Positions 58,421 through 64,000 of a DNA stretch of 64,000 nt are shown here, piece by piece (the first letter of the stretch is position 1; each line of letters starts with the position of its first letter). The stretch comes from an uncultured Candidatus Saccharibacteria bacterium. Lineage in GTDB: Bacteria > Patescibacteriota > Minisyncoccia > Phycocordibacterales > UBA2100. The stretch is from positions 22,151 through 86,150 of the forward strand of contig CAYNRJ010000002.1 in the NCBI GenBank assembly GCA_964399865.1, written 5' to 3'. The notes under the pieces are model-generated. The model had not been told where the DNA came from. It did not search any database and saw nothing but the letters and a program-made list of their open reading frames with translations. The position numbers and the translations under genes were made by a program.

Positions 58421-58686
58421 AGTGTCATCGGAAAAGATGACACCTTCCGACTCCTCAACTCGGAAATATAAATACGTGCTTTTATATTTCGCTCGCCTTA
58501 CGTTGTCGGTAATTATTTCGCCAGCATAGAAATTTATTTTTTTATTTTTGTGAGTGAAAAGTTATCCACACATATCGTGTGAAAGTACGCACTATGTGCG
58601 CATGAGTGCAATAATGAAATAGAAAACGCATCTTCGCGTACGCGCGTAAAAATGCGGGTCGAAATTACTGGCGACGTAAGGCGAGC

Positions 58687-58712
58687 GAAATGAAAAAATG
58701 TTTTTTCATTTC
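58687..58712. promoter_or_regulatory. Perfect 12-bp inverted repeat with 2-nt spacer (GAAATGAAAAAA-TG-TTTTTTCATTTC) in the secA-upstream non-coding region
   Basis: Read directly from the sequence. Candidate operator or RNA hairpin. Confidence 0.3.
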
Positions 58713-58767
58713 CGAGCCGAGGAGTCAGAAAGCTCCGTCTTACCACTCGAAATATTTACAACATACT

Positions 58768-58848
58768 ATGGCAAAGAAAAGAAAAGCGAAGAAGGCAAAG
58801 AAGACAACAAAGAAGAGAAAAGTTGCGAAGCGCAAAAAACGAGCTTAG
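58768..58848 (+). CDS. Tiny Lys/Arg-rich ORF of 26 aa (MAKKRKAKKAKKTTKKRKVAKRKKRA); either a small basic nucleic-acid/ribosome-binding peptide or the body of a purine-rich small RNA
   Basis: ATG to TAG ends 8 nt before a strong intrinsic terminator. Frame derived from the ORF track. No clear Shine-Dalgarno sequence. Confidence 0.3.
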   Translation: MAKKRKAKKAKKTTKKRKVAKRKKRA

Positions 58849-58855
58849 TCTCTCG

Positions 58856-58891
58856 AAAAAACCGTCGGCCCAGTGCCGACGGTTTTGTTTT
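58856..58891 (+). terminator. Rho-independent terminator (8-bp GC-rich stem CCGTCGGC/GCCGACGG extendable through a 4-bp AAAA/TTTT tail to a 12-bp palindrome, 5-nt loop, TTTTGTTTT tail)
   Basis: AAAACCGTCGGC-CCAGT-GCCGACGGTTTTGTTTT. An A-run upstream and a T-run downstream, so it could act bidirectionally. Confidence 0.55.
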
Positions 58892-58925
58892 ACTGGAGCA
58901 CGTTTGGTGATAGGATGCCATAACA

Positions 58926-61415
58926 ATGGGATTTTTTAAGAGGCTTCTAGGGGACGAGAACTCGGCCGCATTAAAGCGCGCTATGGCTGTCGTCGCGCCC
59001 ACTAATTCCTTTGAGGCTACTATACAAGCTCTTAGCGATGAGGCTCTCAAGGCTAAAACAGAGGAATTTAAGGCTCGTCTTACAGCTGGGGAGTCTCTCG
59101 AGGATATCGCTGCGGAGGCGTTCGCTGTTGTACGCGAGGCCTCACGTCGCACTTTAGGTCAGCGTCATTTTGATGTACAGCTTATCGGCGGAAAGATACT
59201 CCATAACGGCGATATAGCCGAAATGAGAACAGGCGAGGGGAAAACGCTTGTCGCGACCCTTCCCGCATATTTGAATGCACTTTCGGGAAAAGGAGTTCAC
59301 GTCGTTACAGTGAACGATTATCTCTCACGACGTGACGCGGTGTGGATGGGTCAGATCTACTTTGCTCTCGGCATGTCGGTTGGTGTGATCAATCATGAAG
59401 CCTCGTATCTCTACGATCCTGCTCATGCAAAGGATGACAAAGATCGTGATGAGCTAGGCGCATTCAAAGTCATGCATGACTTTCTTCGTCCTGTCACACG
59501 AAGAGAGAGCTATGCAGCAGATATAACGTATGGGACTAATAACGAGTTCGGTTTCGACTATCTTCGTGACAATCTCGAATATGAGCCAGGAGTTTTGCGA
59601 CAACGCGGATATCATTTTGCCATTGTCGACGAAATAGACTCTATCCTTATAGATGAGGCACGTACTCCTCTTATTATTTCCGCTCCTGTTTCCGACGCGG
59701 AAGACCTCTACGGGCGCTTCACCTCGATCGCAAGCACATTAGAGAAGGACACTGACTACGAAGTAGATGAGAAACGAAAGGCGATCTCTCTTACAGACGC
59801 TGGAATAGAAAAAGCACAAAAGGCACTTGGTATTGAGAATATCTATACCGATGCAGGTATTAAGTATGTACATCACCTTGAAACGGCAGTCCGCGCGAAG
59901 GCTCTTTTCATGCGGGATAAAGAGTATGTTATTCGGGACGGACAAGTCGTCATCGTCGATGAATTTACAGGCCGCCTTCAGCCAGGAAGACGTTGGAGCG
60001 ATGGTCTTCATCAGGCGATCGAATCAAAGGAGGGCGTGTCTGTTCAGAAGGAATCTCGCACATTCGCTTCGATAACTTTCCAAAACTATTTCCGCCTCTA
60101 CGAAAAATTGGCGGGCATGACGGGTACTGCGCTCACGAGCTCTGAAGAGTTCTTTAAGGTGTATGGACTTAATACCGTCGCAGTTCCTACTAACAAACAA
60201 AATCAGCGTAAAGATCTTGAGGATCTTATCTTCCAGACAGAGGAAGGAAAAATGCGCGCGATCGCTAAAAGCGTAAAGAAAATACATGAGACAGGTCAGC
60301 CGGTCCTTGTCGGTACAGTGTCAGTAGAAAAGAATGAGATCCTCTCGCTTCACTTCAAGCAAGAGGGCATCCCACACGAAGTATTGAACGCAAAGAATCA
60401 CGAACGTGAGGGTGAGATCATCGCACAGGCGGGAAGAAAGGGTGCGGTAACGATCGCAACGAACATGGCGGGCCGCGGTGTCGACATCAAACTTGGCGGA
60501 AATCCAGGTAGTGACGAAGAATACGACAGCGTAAAGAACATTGGAGGGCTATTCGTCCTAGGAACCGAACGTCATGAGGCACGTCGTATAGATAATCAGC
60601 TCCGTGGCCGATCAGGTCGTCAGGGAGATCCTGGCGCGACACAGTTTTTCGTTTCGCTCGAGGACGCGCTTATGAGGGTTTTTGCATCCGACATGATCAA
60701 GCGCGTCATGGGGACCTTCAAGATCCCAGTCGATGAACCGATCTACAATAAGATGATCACGCGTTCGCTCGAGAAAGCGCAGACTAAGATCGAAGAGTTC
60801 AACTTTGATGCGCGTAAGCATACGCTGGCGTATGACGATGTCTTGAACATCCAACGCAAAGCTATTTATGGACGACGTCGCGCACTCCTTACAGGTGGTA
60901 AAGCAGCAATTGATGAAGAATTGGCTCGCATCGCAGAATCGAACGAAGGACTTGTCTCTAGCATCGAAAAGAAGAGAGTGGAGCTCGGGGAAGCGTTTGA
61001 GGATACGGTTCGCAAATTTCTTCTTAGGAGCCTGGATTTTCTATGGGTGGAACATCTTGAACAGATGGAATACCTGCGCTCATCGGTCAATTTACGTGCC
61101 TACGGCCAGCGCGACCCTCTCATAGAGTATAAGAAGGAGGGCCTCAAGCTCTTCCATACACTTGAACTATCGTACGCAGGGCAGGTCGCAGAGGCCCTAC
61201 CAAACCTCGGCGCCTCTCAAAATTCCGGCTCACGCGTAGAAGTGCGAGCGGTGGAGCGCGCAGCACGCAATATAACGATGACGTCAAAGCCAGGAGAATC
61301 AAAGACATACGGCCGCAATGACAAAGTCATTATCACGGATGGCAAAGAGCAGAAAGAAATGAAATACAAGAAAGCCGAGGAATTCTTGGGGAAGGGTTGG
61401 AAGATAGTAGGATAA
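58926..61415 (+). CDS. secA: Preprotein translocase ATPase SecA
   Basis: 829 aa; DEAD-like motor motifs (...MRTGEGKTLVATLPAYLNAL..., ...TGRLQPGRRWSDGLHQAIE...). Confidence 0.95.
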   Translation: MGFFKRLLGDENSAALKRAMAVVAPTNSFEATIQALSDEALKAKTEEFKARLTAGESLEDIAAEAFAVVREASRRTLGQRHFDVQLIGGKILHNGDIAEMRTGEGKTLVATLPAYLNALSGKGVHVVTVNDYLSRRDAVWMGQIYFALGMSVGVINHEASYLYDPAHAKDDKDRDELGAFKVMHDFLRPVTRRESYAADITYGTNNEFGFDYLRDNLEYEPGVLRQRGYHFAIVDEIDSILIDEARTPLIISAPVSDAEDLYGRFTSIASTLEKDTDYEVDEKRKAISLTDAGIEKAQKALGIENIYTDAGIKYVHHLETAVRAKALFMRDKEYVIRDGQVVIVDEFTGRLQPGRRWSDGLHQAIESKEGVSVQKESRTFASITFQNYFRLYEKLAGMTGTALTSSEEFFKVYGLNTVAVPTNKQNQRKDLEDLIFQTEEGKMRAIAKSVKKIHETGQPVLVGTVSVEKNEILSLHFKQEGIPHEVLNAKNHEREGEIIAQAGRKGAVTIATNMAGRGVDIKLGGNPGSDEEYDSVKNIGGLFVLGTERHEARRIDNQLRGRSGRQGDPGATQFFVSLEDALMRVFASDMIKRVMGTFKIPVDEPIYNKMITRSLEKAQTKIEEFNFDARKHTLAYDDVLNIQRKAIYGRRRALLTGGKAAIDEELARIAESNEGLVSSIEKKRVELGEAFEDTVRKFLLRSLDFLWVEHLEQMEYLRSSVNLRAYGQRDPLIEYKKEGLKLFHTLELSYAGQVAEALPNLGASQNSGSRVEVRAVERAARNITMTSKPGESKTYGRNDKVIITDGKEQKEMKYKKAEEFLGKGWKIVG

Positions 61416-61467
61416 ACCCTCTTCTGTGGGCGTGCCGGGGACTTTTTTTAATGATACAGTGGGGCGC

Positions 61468-62922
61468 ATGAAAGCTGTGTACGTGCCCACAATAGGACTC
61501 GAGATCCATGCGGAACTTCGCACGAATACGAAGATGTTTTGCAATTCAAAAAATGATGCAGACGAGACGCGCCCGAACGTAAATATCTGCCCGGTGTGTT
61601 TGGCTCATCCAGGTACGCTGCCTGTTATAAATAGGGAAGCTGTAAAACACGTTCTGAAGGTGGGGCTAGCTCTCGGAGGAAAGCTCGCCGACTATACTGA
61701 ATTTGATCGCAAGAACTACTTCTACCCAGACCTCCCTAAGGGATACCAGCTCTCCCAGTATGAATACCCCCTCATCTCAGGCGGGGGGCTCGCTGGGGTA
61801 ATCCTTACCCGCATCCATCTAGAGGAGGATACAGCTAGCTCAGTCCATGATGAAAAGTCAGGGGCAACCCTTATCGACTACAACCGTGCCGGGGTCCCTC
61901 TTATGGAACTCGTGACGGAACCGGTCATAGGAAGTGCGGAAGAAGCTGGTCGTTTTGCTCGCGAACTTCAATTACTTCTTCGATATCTCGGTGCAAGTAA
62001 TGCGAACATGGAAAAAGGGGAGATGCGAGTTGAAGCGAATATAAGTATTTCCACAAAAGAAGATAAAGAAAAAAAGAAATTTGGAACAAAAGTGGAAGTA
62101 AAAAATCTGAATTCTTTTCGTGCGATGGAGCGCGCAATTCAGTATGAAATAAAAAGACAGACAGAGATTCTAGAAAGCGGCGAGAGCGTTATGCAACAGA
62201 CTCTCGGTTGGGATGAGGGGAAGCAAGCAACATTTCCGCAGCGAATAAAAGAAGGTTCTGCAGATTATCGTTATTTTCCCGATCCGGACCTACCTTCTCT
62301 AAAGCTCAGCGAGCTAACGGATCTTTCCCCGGAAGCTCTCAAAGAGGGTATGCCTGAATTGCCAGAGGCACGTCGTGCGCGCTACCTGTCGCTCGGTCTT
62401 AAGTCTGATGACGCCGACATGTTTGTCCGGGAAGTGGCAGTCGGGGGCTTCATGGACTCCCTTCTCCAGCTGTACAAAGGTAACACTGAGGGCGCTAAGT
62501 CTTCTGCAAATTACCTTGCGAACGATTTAATGAAAATTACCCGAGATACGAGAAAACCAGATGCAGAAATTATTGCCGAGATCCCTGTATCAGTGGAGAA
62601 TTTCAAGCAAATCATCGATATGGTCCTTGAATCGAAGATCTCTTCAAGAATTGCGAAAGACATGCTCCTTGTGTACGCAAACGGCGAGTCTGCATCTCCT
62701 ATTGAGTATGCAAAGAAGAACAATCTCATAACAGCTGAGAACGGTGCTGATACGGAGGTTCTTATCACCAAGATTGTATCTGAGAATCCTTCCGTGGTGA
62801 CCGACTACAAGAATGGAAAGACTGCTTCTCTCGAGTATCTCGTCGGCCAGTGTATGAAGGCCCTCCGAGGAGCAGCTAATCCCGTTGCTCTAAGAGAGGA
62901 GATAAAGAAGCGTATCGGCTGA
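61468..62922 (+). CDS. gatB: Asp-tRNA(Asn)/Glu-tRNA(Gln) amidotransferase subunit B
   Basis: MKAVYVPTIGLEIHAELRTNTKMFC...; about 485 aa. The ORF track opens at a GTG 42 nt upstream. Confidence 0.95.
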   Translation: MKAVYVPTIGLEIHAELRTNTKMFCNSKNDADETRPNVNICPVCLAHPGTLPVINREAVKHVLKVGLALGGKLADYTEFDRKNYFYPDLPKGYQLSQYEYPLISGGGLAGVILTRIHLEEDTASSVHDEKSGATLIDYNRAGVPLMELVTEPVIGSAEEAGRFARELQLLLRYLGASNANMEKGEMRVEANISISTKEDKEKKKFGTKVEVKNLNSFRAMERAIQYEIKRQTEILESGESVMQQTLGWDEGKQATFPQRIKEGSADYRYFPDPDLPSLKLSELTDLSPEALKEGMPELPEARRARYLSLGLKSDDADMFVREVAVGGFMDSLLQLYKGNTEGAKSSANYLANDLMKITRDTRKPDAEIIAEIPVSVENFKQIIDMVLESKISSRIAKDMLLVYANGESASPIEYAKKNNLITAENGADTEVLITKIVSENPSVVTDYKNGKTASLEYLVGQCMKALRGAANPVALREEIKKRIG

Positions 62923-62973
62923 TTTGCACGCCGAGATGGCCTATTTCCTTCGTTTCTCGGACCCCTGTGGAAT

Positions 62974-63006
62974 TTGCATATCTATCTCGCCAATCCGATA
63001 TATAAT
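62974..63006 (+). promoter_or_regulatory. Sigma70-like promoter candidate (TTGCAT ... TATAAT) ending 6 nt before the ATG at 63013; possibly a leaderless transcript
   Basis: TTGCAT at about 62974, TATATAAT at about 62999 to 63006. Spacer is 19 to 21 nt depending on which -10 hexamer is used. Confidence 0.3.
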
Positions 63007-63012
63007 ACCGAG

Positions 63013-64000
63013 ATGACATCAGCGATGATCATCGATGGTAAGTCTTATCTCTCCTCTAAGGAAGCTGCTGTTCAAACTGGATACACTCAGGATTATATAG
63101 GTCAGCTCGCTCGAGCTGGTTCCATTGATGCGAAAAGAATAGGGGGCCTCTGGTACATCTTCCTGGACTCGCTAACTAGCTATAAGAAGCAGGCGGATAG
63201 CTATGTTCCAACTCCTCCGACGCGTGTATCACCTCAGGATGTTGATTCGTTCGTGTCTTTTGATGGTAAAGACTATATATCTGCGGCTCGGGCTGCCGAG
63301 ATAACAGGGTATGCCCAGGATTATGTCGGTCAATTGGCGCGCGAAGGTACAGTTTTGGCGAGACAGGTCGGTAGTCGTTGGTACGTATCAAGAGAAGACC
63401 TTGTAAAACACAAAGAGGAGAAAGATTCTCTCCTAGGAGCTGTGCAGGCAGCTGCCGTAGGCCTTAGTCGACCAAATAAACCGATAAAAGTAGTCGAAGA
63501 AGTCCCTGTAGAGGCCACTACGTCACATTTTAATTACTCTGATGACAAGAATGACCTAATGCCATCAATGAATCTAAACTCGAAGCAAGTGGAGGAGGGT
63601 TCGGAGGTAAGGAAGGGTGATGTATCTCAGGCCCCCCTAGAATCTGAATCAGGGGCCGCTCACAGTGAGGTAATAAAATCTATTCCAATACGTGTTGTCG
63701 AGGAGCAAGTGTACGAGAAAAAGGAGAAATCATTAAATACCTACGATACTACAAGAAGCTACGTGCCAAAAAGTGTCGAAAAAGCCCCAACTACCCGAAA
63801 GAGAAGCTACTCCATGGCCGTTTCAGCTGTCGTAATCGTTCTTGTAGTCGTTTCTGCTGGCTACCTAGCGTTAAAACCAGGCTCCGGACCAATCGCTGGC
63901 GCGAATACCGAATCTGTTGCAAACGAAGGATTGCTCGCGAGCGCTCCAAAGGGGGCGCAGGGATTCCTGGGATTTATTGAGAACATTCTAGCTCCCGAAA
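63013..64000 (+). CDS. 3'-truncated CDS: protein with two tandem HTH_17/excisionase-like DNA-binding repeats followed by a transmembrane segment
   Basis: Two similar 45-aa units: IDGKSYLSSKEAAVQTGYTQDYIGQLARAGSIDAKRIGGLWYI and FDGKDYISAARAAEITGYAQDYVGQLAREGTVLARQVGSRWYV. Then a TM helix (AVSAVVIVLVVVSAGYLAL). No stop before the window end, which is why it is absent from the ORF track. Confidence 0.55.
   Translation, partial: MTSAMIIDGKSYLSSKEAAVQTGYTQDYIGQLARAGSIDAKRIGGLWYIFLDSLTSYKKQADSYVPTPPTRVSPQDVDSFVSFDGKDYISAARAAEITGYAQDYVGQLAREGTVLARQVGSRWYVSREDLVKHKEEKDSLLGAVQAAAVGLSRPNKPIKVVEEVPVEATTSHFNYSDDKNDLMPSMNLNSKQVEEGSEVRKGDVSQAPLESESGAAHSEVIKSIPIRVVEEQVYEKKEKSLNTYDTTRSYVPKSVEKAPTTRKRSYSMAVSAVVIVLVVVSAGYLALKPGSGPIAGANTESVANEGLLASAPKGAQGFLGFIENILAPE

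Noticed and set aside
58562-58570. Perfect DnaA-box 9-mer TTATCCACA next to an AT-rich run, a possible oriC
   Set aside because: Only one box was found, with no cluster of boxes and no dnaA/dnaN nearby. A single 9-mer is expected by chance in 64 kb at appreciable frequency. It is kept only as a detail in the secA-upstream finding.
58534-58746. 70-aa minus-strand ORF in the secA-upstream non-coding region
   Set aside because: It spans the palindromes and the AT-run, has no start context and an unusual composition. The region is more plausibly regulatory or RNA.
58698-58910. 70-aa ORF from the six-frame track
   Set aside because: It starts in the centre of a perfect palindrome and reads straight through the intrinsic terminator hairpin and T-tract. 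The composition is driven by an A/G-rich tract, so it is most likely spurious.
62923-62975. Possible terminator after gatB (CCGAGA ... TCTCGG)
   Set aside because: The stem is only 6 bp with an 18-nt loop and no U-tract, which is too weak to call.
1-64000. CRISPR arrays, tRNA or rRNA genes
   Set aside because: No spaced identical short repeats, no cloverleaf-like 70 to 90 nt segments in the few intergenic gaps, and no rRNA-like conserved blocks. The window is coding-dense with protein genes.

Overview
The window is almost entirely one surface-glycan biosynthesis super-locus of about 55 kb, bounded by a 5' conjugation/adhesin-like pair and by housekeeping secA and gatB at the 3' end. I found no rRNA, tRNA or CRISPR array.

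Organism guess: the gene content (TraD/VirD4-like ATPase, lamin-tail-domain protein, O-antigen-ligase with TPR repeats), the tight and often 4-bp-overlapping gene packing, and roughly 50% GC suggest a Patescibacteria/CPR-like or similarly reduced bacterium. This is inference.

Contents from 5' to 3':
- Start of window: a truncated glycosyl-hydrolase-like gene, a type IV secretion coupling-protein-like P-loop ATPase with a long disordered Arg/Ser/Asp/Pro-rich tail, and a secreted lamin-tail-domain/PKD protein.
- About 4.4 to 32.6 kb: at least 9 GT4 and 5 GT2 glycosyltransferases, two GtrA plus GT-C (ArnT/PMT-like) plus polyprenyl-phosphate-sugar GT2 triads, two NodB deacetylases, two paralogous short NAD-dependent epimerases, three SAM methyltransferases, an AsnB amidotransferase, a short UDP-glucose-dehydrogenase-family protein, an FAD oxidoreductase, and an MBOAT plus SGNH acyltransferase pair.
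- 32.6 to 42.5 kb: a pseudaminic-acid-type nonulosonic acid module (PseB, PseC, cytidylyltransferase, NeuB/PseI-family synthase) interleaved with a WbuX/WbuY/WbuZ-type acetamidino trio (PP-loop amidotransferase plus HisH/HisF paralogs), two formyltransferase-fold proteins, a PIG-L deacetylase and a Pse-associated methylase.
- 42.5 to 45.6 kb: an MsbA-like ABC exporter and a CPA2 cation/proton antiporter.
- 45.6 to 48.4 kb (minus strand): a PAPS-synthesis operon, in which a pyruvate-kinase catalytic domain is fused in one 752-aa ORF to a complete ATP sulfurylase and is followed by cysC.
- 48.5 to 54.7 kb: a second nonulosonic acid module (NeuA, NeuB and NeuC-like, plus a CBS protein) preceded by two KpsC/KpsS/TagF-like GT-B paralogs.
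- 54.7 to 58.4 kb: a sulfatase-like protein and a 750-aa O-antigen-ligase (Wzy_C) protein with TPR repeats.

Features that stand out most: the pyruvate kinase/ATP sulfurylase fusion, a 53-bp direct repeat of a gene's 3' end bracketing an AT-rich 1.1-kb insert, and the pair of co-resident nonulosonic acid pathways.

Coordinates of manually placed starts and non-coding features may be off by 1 to 3 bp.
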